64,000 bases of DNA from Nostoc sp. GTDB taxonomy: Bacteria; Cyanobacteriota; Cyanobacteriia; Cyanobacteriales; Nostocaceae. The stretch lies in NCBI GenBank assembly GCA_036918135.1, contig JBALDB010000003.1:1-64000 (forward strand). Reading direction: 5' to 3'. Below, piece by piece: positions 10,236 through 20,200 of the stretch. The number at the start of each line of letters is the position of its first letter. Position 1 is the stretch's first letter. A program made the position numbers and the translations under genes. The notes below the pieces were generated by a model that had not been told where the DNA came from, ran no database searches, and saw only the letters and a program-made list of their open reading frames with translations.

Positions 10236-10739
10236 CTAATCAAAGTAAAACAGTGTCAGCACTTTTCTTTGTTCTTCTGCATCTTGACAAGTTTGCAACA
10301 AAGTGCCACTGTCGTGAAACGCAAAGCAAATCAGTTGCTGACATCGAGAGACAATTTCTTTGTTGCACAGGTAACTAGCTTCCGCAAGAGAGAGATTATC
10401 GTTACTAGGATTTTCTACTAAATGCATTACCTGCTCTAATTGCTGGCGCGATTCCATAGGCTGGCGTTCCAAGCTTTGGGGTAAAATCACGGTTAACAAG
10501 TTCGGATCGGCCCGTGTTGCTCCCCGAATGGCAGCAGAATTCGTACCTGTAGCACCAGAAGTGATGATCCGATTACCTGATAGAACAAGGGCATAAGTCA
10601 TCATTTCAATAAGATTCTGATGCGTAATCGGGACATGACGAGAACCCAGCAAGGCAATTCTTTTAGAACCCGTTTGCTGGATTGTCGCCAGTTCTTGCGC
10701 TAATGTATCAAGGTTAATAAGGTCTGTTGACTGGCTCAA
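10236..10739 (-). CDS. DprA-like / SLOG-fold protein (cyanobacterial DNA-recombination-mediator family)
   Basis: IALLGSRH, ITSGATGTN, ICFAFHDS. Confidence 0.75.
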   Translation of the reverse strand: MSQSTDLINLDTLAQELATIQQTGSKRIALLGSRHVPITHQNLIEMMTYALVLSGNRIITSGATGTNSAAIRGATRADPNLLTVILPQSLERQPMESRQQLEQVMHLVENPSNDNLSLAEASYLCNKEIVSRCQQLICFAFHDSGTLLQTCQDAEEQRKVLTLFYFD

Positions 10740-10830
10740 AGATAAACGTAATCAGATTAAACGACCCAGATATTCTACCAAAGAGCGTGTAGGTGCGAGG
10801 CAAACCTGAGTCAGACATTGCTACAATTTT

Positions 10831-11370
10831 TCAAATTTTTTGCTTTAGGGACTGAATTACTCGATCGCACCAAGCCAGCCAATTTCTTTCATAAGTAATG
10901 CCATTCAACAGAGTCAAATACTGAAATTGTTGTGGTTCTGGCAGTTGTTCGGGATTCTGAAAGTAACGCTGTTCCAAATTCTCGTATGTAGACAATTTTT
11001 CTAAGTGGGCTTTTTGGTGGCGTTCTAGTTCTGCCAAAATCGTCTCTTGAGGAGCAACATAACCAGCAAAAATTTTTACAAGTAAATCATCTTTTATCGG
11101 TGCGGGTTCGCAAGGTTGAGCAATCCACTCTTTCAACTGCTGTTCTCCCAAATCTGTGACGCTATAAAGCTTTTTATCTGGGCGTCCTCCTTGCACAATC
11201 ATCTGGCAACTAATCCATCCTTGCTCTTCTAACTTCGACAACTCCCGATAAATCTGCTGGTGGCTTGCTGACCAAAAAAAGCCTACAGAGCCATCAAATC
11301 GCTTTGCTAAATCATACCCAGTACAAGGGGCTTCAACGAGAGCAGCTAATATCGCGTGGGCTAATGCCAT
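10831..11370 (-). CDS. PadR family transcriptional regulator
   Basis: MALAHAIL...TGYDLAKRF...FWSASHQQIYRELSKLE...RPDKKLYSVT. Confidence 0.92.
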   Translation of the reverse strand: MALAHAILAALVEAPCTGYDLAKRFDGSVGFFWSASHQQIYRELSKLEEQGWISCQMIVQGGRPDKKLYSVTDLGEQQLKEWIAQPCEPAPIKDDLLVKIFAGYVAPQETILAELERHQKAHLEKLSTYENLEQRYFQNPEQLPEPQQFQYLTLLNGITYERNWLAWCDRVIQSLKQKI

Positions 11371-11387
11371 GATTTTTGATTCACTAC

Positions 11388-11438
11388 TTGACATATGCAA
11401 CTAGTTGCATAAAATAAATATATGCAACTAGTTGCATA
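11388..11438 (+). promoter_or_regulatory. Sigma70-type promoter overlapped by two perfect 18-bp palindromic operators
   Basis: TTGACA (11388-11393), 16-bp spacer, TAAAAT (11410-11415); TATGCAACTAGTTGCATA at 11394-11411 and 11421-11438. Confidence 0.8.
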
Positions 11439-11467
11439 GTAATCTAAAGCTACAAGGAATGTAACTC

Positions 11468-11992
11468 ATGCCTCAAGTAATGCCAGGAAGATTTACCGCC
11501 GAGATTAATCAACCCTTCGTTGTGTTTCTGATTGGGATGAGAATTAACAAATTATTTGCTTTTTCTAAATGGATTCCCACAGCTATGGCAATGTCGCCGA
11601 TGCTACGAAGTCTTCGGCAGAATGCCGAAAAAGGGTTTTTAGGGGGAGAAGGTTTTGTTTACTCGCGAGGGGTAGGGCTGATTCAATATTGGCGATCGTT
11701 CGAGGATTTAGAGCGTTTTGCTAGAAATCCCGCAGATGCACATCTAAAAGCTTGGCAAAGGTTTAATCGAGCTATTGGTGTCGATGGCAGTGTCGGCATT
11801 TGGCACGAAACTTATTTAATCGAACCAGGAAAATATGAGGCAGTTTACGGGAATATGCCCGTCTTTGGATTAGCAGCTGCAACCAAGCATGTCCCAGCTA
11901 TGGGACGAAAGGAAACAGCACGCCGTCGCTTGGGAGGTGACAGCGAGCCGGCTGTGCCTTCGCCAGAGGAAGATGGGGAGATGGGGGGATGA
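11468..11992 (+). CDS. DUF4188 (monooxygenase-like dimeric alpha/beta barrel) protein
   Basis: FVVFLIGMRIN, QYWRSFEDLERFA, GIWHETY, YGNMPVFGL. Confidence 0.85.
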   Translation: MPQVMPGRFTAEINQPFVVFLIGMRINKLFAFSKWIPTAMAMSPMLRSLRQNAEKGFLGGEGFVYSRGVGLIQYWRSFEDLERFARNPADAHLKAWQRFNRAIGVDGSVGIWHETYLIEPGKYEAVYGNMPVFGLAAATKHVPAMGRKETARRRLGGDSEPAVPSPEEDGEMGG

Positions 11993-12205
11993 GGGAGTGT
12001 GGGGGGTGTGGGAGGATGGGGGAGTGTGGGGAGTGTGGGGAGTGTGGGGAGATGGGGAAGTGTGGGGAGATGGAGGAGTGTAGGGAGAGAGGGGGGCAAT
12101 ATTTGTTCCCCATCCTCCCACACCTCCTTCTCCTCCCACACCTCCTTTTCCTCCTACACTTCCCACACTTCCCACACCTCCGACACTCCCTGTTTGCCCC
12201 ATGCC
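11970..12205. repeat. Purine-rich/pyrimidine-rich inverted composite repeat (GGGAGTGTG / CCCACACCTCC units)
   Basis: G-rich arm followed by a complementary C-rich arm; near-identical architecture at 27592-27816. Confidence 0.85.
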
Positions 12206-13300
12206 CTAAGACAAAGCCGTTGCGGGAGTTAAACCGAGTTTAGATAACAGGCGGTCAATGTCAAAATGCTCAGTCATTAACTGGCGAATATACTGAACTT
12301 TAATTGGCTCGTGGAGGCGGACTTGACCGAAAGTCTGGTCAACAATTTCGACTGTGGTGAGAGTGTCTAAGTCAACGGATAAAATCGGGATTTCTAATTC
12401 TTCAGCACGACTGAGAATAAATGGTGGAGGTGGTAGTTGCCCGGTGAGAATTAAACATTGGGTAGAAGTTTCTAAAGCCGCTTGCTGAATTTCCACCCGA
12501 TCGCCCCCTGTTACCACTGCCATATTCCGGCGTTTGCGGAAATACTTCACAGCCGAGTTGACATTCATTGCTCCAATTGCCAAACTTTCCACTAATAAAT
12601 CTAGGCGATCGTTACGACACAAAACGTCAGCCTTTAGCTGCTTAACAAGTTCGCCAACACTCACACTACGAAGCAAATCGCTGTTTGGCAGCATTCCCAG
12701 TACTGGAATACCCTGCTGTTCCAAAAATGGGCGCAACAGACTCTCAACTGCTTTTAGTTGTGTCACAGGAATATCATTAATGACAACACCAATCAAGCGA
12801 TCGCCCACACGCTGCTTAGCAGCCAATAATGCCTCAACTGAAAGCAACGATTTATAGCGGGTTACTAACAGTACGCCAGCATCCAAGACTTCAGCCACTT
12901 GTAGCAAAGATAAATCAAACAAATTGCCTTCAGACAAATCACCAGGCCCCTCTAGCAACACCAAATCTCCTGGAGACATTTGTAAATATTGCTGTAATAG
13001 GGACTGCTGATAATTGGTTTTATCCTCCCCACGCAAGCGTTTTTGCACATTTAGTTCATCCAAAGCCAGCATTGTAGGTGCAACACGGTTTTCCGGCAAA
13101 TTGAGGCTCAGAGCGATGAACTGGACATCTTCTTCAATTACAGTTCCGCTAGACGAATTCAAACATGTACCGAGCGGTTTACCGTAGGCTATATCCAGTC
13201 CTTTTTGCTGTAGCTGATGAGACAAACCCAGAACAGTTGCAGATTTACCGCTGTAAGTCTCGGTTGATCCAATCAGCAAATATTTAGGGGATTTGGGCAC
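12206..13300 (-). CDS. Phosphotransacetylase N-terminal-like (BioD-like + DRTGG) protein
   Basis: STETYSGKS P-loop, YGKPLG, LLEGPG, VVTGGDR, LILTG. Confidence 0.88.
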   Translation of the reverse strand: MPKSPKYLLIGSTETYSGKSATVLGLSHQLQQKGLDIAYGKPLGTCLNSSSGTVIEEDVQFIALSLNLPENRVAPTMLALDELNVQKRLRGEDKTNYQQSLLQQYLQMSPGDLVLLEGPGDLSEGNLFDLSLLQVAEVLDAGVLLVTRYKSLLSVEALLAAKQRVGDRLIGVVINDIPVTQLKAVESLLRPFLEQQGIPVLGMLPNSDLLRSVSVGELVKQLKADVLCRNDRLDLLVESLAIGAMNVNSAVKYFRKRRNMAVVTGGDRVEIQQAALETSTQCLILTGQLPPPPFILSRAEELEIPILSVDLDTLTTVEIVDQTFGQVRLHEPIKVQYIRQLMTEHFDIDRLLSKLGLTPATALS

Positions 13301-13876
13301 ACATGCACTCCTAATTTCAAAAGTCAGAAGAACCCAGCTAGGTGTTTCCTAATTCTAGTTCGTTCTGGCAAAAGCCTCTTCCTCTTATAAAGTAGGATTT
13401 TTCAGAATATAACCCTTGGAGTTTGAATGCAATACACAACAATACATAATAGGCAATACTAATTTCAAAATGATTGCTGCAGATGGATTCACACTAAGCG
13501 TATCCTACTCATCAAACTATGCAATTAGTGGCAAATTCTGTTTGGAAACACTCTGCGTCTAATGTGGATTGAGATTTTAACCTCAATTCACTATTAATTT
13601 GCGGGTATTTACGGAAAAGTTTTAAAAACGTGTTATTGATGTGGGACACACTTAGGTACAGTAACCCTGGTATGCGTAGGCGTAGCCCATCGGAGCCATC
13701 GCTTCTTGATATCAGGATAACGATTTGTTTTTTATAAAAATATTGAGAAATATAAAGTTTTCAATAGTAATATTGAGTAATTTTTTAATTTATTGCCAAA
13801 GTTTCCTGACTATCATGAAAAGTTTGGCTTTTTATTATTGCCAGAATTATAAATTTTAGAGTTGTATTGATTGCAC

Positions 13877-13979
13877 ATAGCAATCCTATTTAAGTTGTGA
13901 AAAATATCAGTGGTAGTTGTTGAGAGTTAACAGTCAACATCTGAGCAGCAAGATTTCAAAAATCATTTAGGACTGCTAT
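13877..13979. mobile_element. MITE-like element (TIR ATAGCAATCCTA / TAGGACTGCTAT)
   Basis: Imperfect terminal inverted repeats around about 100 bp of non-coding DNA. Confidence 0.55.
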
Positions 13980-14165
13980 AGAAGACTTAGTGTAAATCAA
14001 AAGTCTTTAATCTGCGTCAAAAGGCAATAGGAGAAGGCACAGAAAGCAGAGGAGAATAACTCTTAAACATAATCTAAGCTTTCAGAGTCTCCAGTGAAAC
14101 TCCTAACTCCTTACTTAGCACTCCCAATATCCAATTTAAAAAGTATTTAATTAATGCTATTTTAG

Positions 14166-14666
14166 TTAAATACGAGAGTAGCGAAAACGAAGCCTCAACA
14201 CTCGTAGCCATCGTAACCAAATTTGTGCAGGTTGTTCAAAGAAAGTAAAAATATCACCAAAACCCAAATTAGTTTTGTGATGATGTAACCAGTGTCTTTC
14301 AGGAGTAGTAATAAATAGAATTTGGCATATAACATTTACAAGCTTTGGAGTTTGCCAACCCAAGACACTTATGTGTCTCCACCATACATGAAACTGACCA
14401 AGCAGCAGTCCACAGATAACACCAATGGGAGAAAAAGACCAGAGAACTACCGCTATGATTATATAAGGTAAAGCTCCTAAGATACCATCTAAAAGAACCA
14501 GAGGATTAAAAGTCAAAATAGCGTAGTGACGAAAGTCTTTCTTCCAGGAATGGTGTGTTTTTAAATGAAGACTACCAAAAACATGCTCGGGTACGTGGTA
14601 AAAGAATGTAGATAGGAAATCGCCAAAGAATAGTAATAACCAAGCAACAGCCATAGCCTCAAGCAT
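14166..14666 (-). CDS. Sterol desaturase / fatty acid hydroxylase family membrane protein
   Basis: His boxes YHVPEH, HLKTHH, HVWWRH, HWLHH; hydrophobic segments. Confidence 0.8.
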   Translation of the reverse strand: MLEAMAVAWLLLFFGDFLSTFFYHVPEHVFGSLHLKTHHSWKKDFRHYAILTFNPLVLLDGILGALPYIIIAVVLWSFSPIGVICGLLLGQFHVWWRHISVLGWQTPKLVNVICQILFITTPERHWLHHHKTNLGFGDIFTFFEQPAQIWLRWLRVLRLRFRYSRI

Positions 14667-15859
14667 TTTTACTCCTCAAGTTTAATAACAAAACTCCATA
14701 CAAAACATGCAAATGTCATCCTATCGGCGTAGACACTTGGTTTTTCACTATGCAACCAGCATTTGTGTATTTTATTGATCTACGCTTGGGTTAATTTGGT
14801 TGGCTCAGAGTATGCCTAAATTGATTGGCAATTTTATAAATCTACAATTCTGAACGCACTAAAAAGCAACTAGTAAAAGCTTTTAACTTGGCTTTTACCT
14901 TTCGGTTATAGCTATTAAACATCTGTAATTTGCTAGAAATACCGTATTTTAATACAGTTACTAGACAATCTTCTTACTAAGGCATACAGCCTAAGCAAAG
15001 GTTGAGTTAAAATTAGTACAAATTTAGGTTAAGGTTTTATTCGATATTCATAATTAGAAATTGGTTGTAATTCAGCCTCATTTATGGGACTAACCACAAC
15101 CAGAGAATAGTTATTATGTCAAACGAACTAAGGTTATTGAGATGAGTAAAGCGGGTTTATAATAAAATTGCTCAACGGCAAAGTCTGGGATGTCTAAAAT
15201 TAACTAGATGGTTGAAGCAGCAGAGTATTTAATATTACTAAATTTTTCTCAGGACGGAATACGCGATCGCCTCAAGCTTTTTTGTGTAGATTTCTATAAC
15301 TTGCGCGCTCAAACTCCAAACCTAAATCTCCTTGATCTTAGCGAACAATAGGCTTAAGACTCTTGTTCAGCTAAGACTGCTTTATTTACTAAAAAGCGTT
15401 AATTTCCTAATCGTGTAAAGCAAAAAATTAAGTAATTAAACCTCATCCATCTTGAAAACTGGAGTTTTCTTAGAAAAGATATTACTGTGAATAAGTGGGT
15501 GTATTAGAGAATGAAATAGGGATACTCAAAGTAAAATGCGATTGATGCTCAACTCTTGAACGTGTTCATTCATTTGAACAAGACATTAATTCCTTACCCC
15601 TTGAAATTGGCGTAGGCTAGCAAATACCGCAGGCATCGTGGCTGAAAAATCTCCTCGATCCCGATTGAGGAAAACTACGGTTTTTAAAGTAGACGAGGTT
15701 TACAAAATATGATTTGACAATGAAGTACAACTGCAATATTTATTTACAATCTGTCCTATCTTACGGGTATCTTGACAGATGCAAAATTTAGGTTACTTTC
15801 CAGTCGGGAGGGTAAAATCAGGTTTTGAAGTTATTAACACACAATTTATCTGTTTGAGC

Positions 15860-16006
15860 ATGAACAAAAAATGGGCGGTCAAGCGAATTACTGTAAACTT
15901 GGCATCAAATGAAGCCAAGAACCTTGAAAAGTACTGTGAACAAACAGGCAGACCAGCAACCGATGTGATTCGAGAACTTATTCGAGCCTTGCCAGTGATG
16001 AAATGA
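15860..16006 (+). CDS. CopG/ribbon-helix-helix DNA-binding protein (copy 1)
   Basis: KRITVNL...LEKYCEQTGRPATDVIRELIRAL. Confidence 0.85.
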   Translation: MNKKWAVKRITVNLASNEAKNLEKYCEQTGRPATDVIRELIRALPVMK

Positions 16007-16093
16007 AAGTAGTTTACAATTTTTTAGTGATGATTGAAATCTAACAATCTAGCGATGGTATGCTACGCTCCTTGACGGCAGACGCAGTACTTT

Positions 16094-16250
16094 AACGTGA
16101 GTTCGAGGGAACTTAACCCTAACCCCGACCCTTGTAGGGTTGGGGCAAAAAATCTCTAATTTGGTACGAAAGAATAGGGTTTTTAAGCCTTTGTCCGTTT
16201 CTCTTAGAGGAATGAAAGCGAGGTTATTGAGAATCTCTCGAACTCACGTT
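16094..16250. mobile_element. 157-bp MITE (TIR AACGTGAGTTCGAG)
   Basis: 14-bp perfect TIR at 16094-16107 and 16237-16250; an orphan end of the same family at 45538-45550. Confidence 0.8.
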
Positions 16251-16664
16251 GCTTTAGAAAGGCAGCTTATTGTCTTTACTTGCTACAAGGGTAACCCTTG
16301 TAATGCAGTGAATCTCCAACTAGCTGTCACAGATACATATTTGGACACAAATTCAAGATTCACGTACTCAGTTCTTACAACCGCTTTCGGAAGTCTTAGA
16401 AGTTTCCCCTTTTTTAAATAAGGGGGATCTACGTTTAGTAGCTCAGATGCGTAAGTCTTAAAATCTTGTTCCTTTAGTAGGGGTCTAAACCCACTCATCA
16501 GTTATGGAATTACTCTTACCTTGTGTCTTCTATTTTTTATGTGTAAATTAAATGACATAATAACCATTATTTGGTTGCACAATTACGAGTGAGAGACTGT
16601 TTCTCGACTCTAACTGTAACTATTGTGGAGTGTGAACATTTACAACTCAGTATAAAAACTTAGA

Positions 16665-16844
16665 TCATGGCAATGCTTGAATGAGTTCCCCAATCACATC
16701 CGTTACTGTTTTACCTGTTTGTTCACAATACTTTTCAAGGTTCTCGGCTTCATCTAATGCCAAGTTTATAGTAATTCGCTTAAGCGTCTTTTTTTTTGTG
16801 GAGGTTGCTAGAGTAGATAATCTCTCGACGGCACTGTTATTCAT
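16665..16844 (-). CDS. CopG/ribbon-helix-helix protein (copy 2)
   Basis: KRITINL...LEKYCEQTGKTVTDVIGELIQALP; 29/38 identical to copy 1 by manual alignment. Confidence 0.78.
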   Translation of the reverse strand: MNNSAVERLSTLATSTKKKTLKRITINLALDEAENLEKYCEQTGKTVTDVIGELIQALP

Positions 16845-17285
16845 GGACTGATAAACTAAGTATTTACAAACTTTCTTTATCAAGATTCTCAATTCACAAC
16901 CGTCTTTACCAGTGAAAATCGAGATTTTAAGATTGAACTTAAGCTTTGTGCCCTAATCATATTACCCAAAAGTTAATGTATTAAGCAATTAGCATCACAC
17001 GTAATGAATTTAGCATTACTTAAATGCAACAAGCTTTGAGTTGAACAGATAATGTCAGCAATACTGCACACAGTAGATTGTCTATTGGGCAAGGAGTGTT
17101 GACTGCTCAAAACAAGTAGATTACTAAATCTAGCTTTGATTGGTGACCATTTCGGTCATACACTTGTTTTGAATCCTCTGTAACATCAGATTATTCCTTT
17201 GTTATAAGTATCACTTCATATCTACAGCAACCTGCTAGATAATTCTTTTTAGTCACAGGCGATTACGTAAACAGTGAGTTAATAC

Positions 17286-20200
17286 ATGACTTTACAGAAT
17301 TGGAGACGCAAGCGTGGCGTTGCACTTACTACCAAGGGTTTGCAAAAAATTAAGGAAGCAAAGTATCAGTCAGAAGCAAAGGAAAATTTTGGAAACAGGT
17401 ACACTCTCGAAGAAATGAGCGCACGCTCTGGATTATATTCCGCTACGATATCAAAAGTATTGAATCGCGAAGGAGGGGTTGATAAACAGACTATTGAAAA
17501 ACTGTTCTCAGCTTTTTCCTTAAAAATAGATAAAAGTGACTATTCAAGCTCAAAAAATCGTCTAGATTGGGGAGAAGCTATTTTTACGTCAGTTTTTTAT
17601 GGACGTACAGAAGAACTTAGGACGTTAGAACAATGGATTCTTGATGAACAGTGCCGATTAGTGACAGTATTGGGAATTGGAGGCATTGGTAAAACAGCAC
17701 TGTCTGTAAAGTTTGCTCAGCAGATTCAGGAAAACTTTGAGTATGTTATCTGGCGATCGCTACGAGAAGCTCCACCTGTTAAAATTATTCTCAGTAACTT
17801 AATTCAATTTCTCTCTGACGAACAAGAAACAGAAAGTAACTTACCGCAAAGCTTTAGCAATCGGGTATCGCGGCTACTTGATTATTTACAAAATAATCGT
17901 TGTTTACTGATACTTGATAATATAGAATCAATTCTCCGCAGTGGTAGCCGTGCCGGAGTTTATCGAGAAGGATATGAAGAATATGGTGAGCTTTTAAGGC
18001 GGGTAGGAGAAGCAACTCACCAAAGCTGCTTACTGATCACTAGTCGGGAAAAACCGAAAGAAGTAGCATTATTGGAAGGAGAAGCGCTAACTGTTCGCTC
18101 TTTATCACTAACTGGGTTAAAGGTGATGGAAGGGCAAGAAATCTTAAAACTCAAAGGGTTGTCTGCGACAGAAAATGAATTAAAACTAATGATTGAACGC
18201 TATGTAGGCAATCCATTAGCTTTGAAGATAGTTGCCACGACCATTCAAGATATTTTTGATAGGAATGTGAGTGAATTTTTGCAACAAGACACGGTTGTTT
18301 TTGGCGATATTCGTGATGTTTTAGAGCAGCAGTTTGAGCGGTTGTCAGATTTAGAAAAGGACATAATGTATTGGCTAGCGATTAATCGGGAGCCGATAAC
18401 ACTAAAAGAATTGCGAGATGATATTATATCGCCAGTACCACAGGCAAAATTACTAGAGGCTGTGGAATCCTTGGGGAGGCGGTCGCTAATCGAGAAGGCT
18501 ACGCCTACGCTGATTGAAAAAACTGCATCGCTTTTTACGCTCCAGCCTGTGGTTATGGAGTATGTCACTACCAGCTTGATAGAACAAGTTTCTCAAGAGA
18601 TTGTCACTGAGAATATTGATTTATTCAGACGTCATGCTCTAATGAAAGCGACGGGTAAAGATTATGTTAAAGACACTGAAATTCGCCTCATCATCAAACC
18701 AGTTATAGATGGGTTGCTTAATGTTTTAAGAAGTAAAAGAAACATTGAAAATCAATTAATTCAAATTCTCACAAAACTCAGACAAACATCGCCGTTAGAA
18801 CCAGGGTATACGGCTGGCAATATTCTGAATCTGCTTTGTCATTTAGAAACAGATTTGAGTGGCTATGATTTTTCTTATCTAACTGTTTGGCAAGCAGATA
18901 TGCGGAGTATCAATTTGTACAATACAAATTTTGTTAGCGCCAATCTAGCTAAGTGTGTTTTTACTGAAACCCTCGGTGGTATTTTTTCCGTAGCCTTTAA
19001 CCCTAATGGCAAACTTCTAGCTACGGGTGATACTAATAATGAGATTCGCCTGTACCAGGTTGTGGATGGACAACAAATGCTCACTTGCAGAGGGCACACT
19101 GGTTGGATTCGATCAGTTATGTTCAGTCCTGATGGAGGTATTATTGCTAGCGGTAGTGACGATCAAACAGTGAGGCTATGGAATGTTAGCACTGGTCAGT
19201 GTGTTGCAAATTTGCAAGGGCATAGTAGCGGTATTCAGTCTATCGCCTTTAGCACGAATGGTCACATACTTGCGAGTAGCAGTGAAGATAAAACTGTGAA
19301 GTTTTGGGATGTCGATACTGGTCTGTGTTTTAAGACTTTATCGGTAGATGATTATAGTGTATGGTCAATCGCTTTTAGCCCTGATGGTCACACAGTGGTA
19401 ACTGGAAACGACAATCATACCCTCAACCTATGGGATATCAACAGTGGCCAATGTATCAATATATTGGAGGGGCATAGCAATCGAGTACATTCTGTTACCT
19501 TCAGTCCAGATAGTCGCATTTTGGCTAGCGCTAGTCACGATCGCACTGTGAAGCTATGGGATGTTGATACAGGACAATCCTATTTGACGCTACAAGGCCA
19601 TACTGACTCAGTACATTCTGTTACCTTCAGTTCGGATGGATGTATTATTGCTAGCGGCAGTGACGATCAAACGGTGAGGGTCTGGGATGTGGCCACAGGT
19701 AAATGTATTAGAATTTTAAGGGGACACAGCAGCCGAATATGGACAGTTGCGCTAAGTTCTGACAAAGACAGCTACATTCTAGCAAGTGGCAGTGACGATC
19801 AAAAAGTTATGCTATGGGATGTTAGTACTGGTTCTTGCATTAGGATTTTTCAGGGTTATTGTGATGGCGTCTGGTCTGTCGCTTTCAGTCCAGACGGTCA
19901 CACACTAGCTAGTAGTGGGTCTAATAAAATTGTAAGGCTTTGGGATGCTAGCATCGGTAAATGCCTTCAAACTTTGCAGGGACACAATAATCGGGTCACA
20001 TCAGTCTCCCTTAGCCCAGATGGTCGAATTTTGGCTAGTGGTAGTGAAGACCAAACAGTGAAATTATGGGATACTAACACTGGTCAATGCCTCACAACAT
20101 TAAATGGGCATAGTAACCGCATATTAGCTGTTAGCTTCAGCCCAAATGGTCTTATTCTGGCAAGTAGCAGCGACGATCGCACAATAAAGCTATGGGATAC

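Noticed and set aside
11970..12205. Possible CRISPR array
   Set aside because: Units are 9-20 bp and degenerate, with no unique spacers of constant length and no cas genes in the window
11845..12243. Several overlapping Pro/His/Gly-rich ORFs
   Set aside because: They are translations of the G/C-rich composite repeat, not genes
15689..15703. NtcA box upstream of the RHH gene
   Set aside because: Spacing is GTA-N9-TAC rather than GTA-N8-TAC
16140..16498. ORFs 16140-16421 (+) and 16283-16498 (-)
   Set aside because: They overlap MITE and palindromic DNA, with no recognisable motifs or RBS
17107..17172. Hammerhead ribozyme
   Set aside because: The three-stem layout is similar, but the CUGAUGA and GAAA core motifs are absent on both strands
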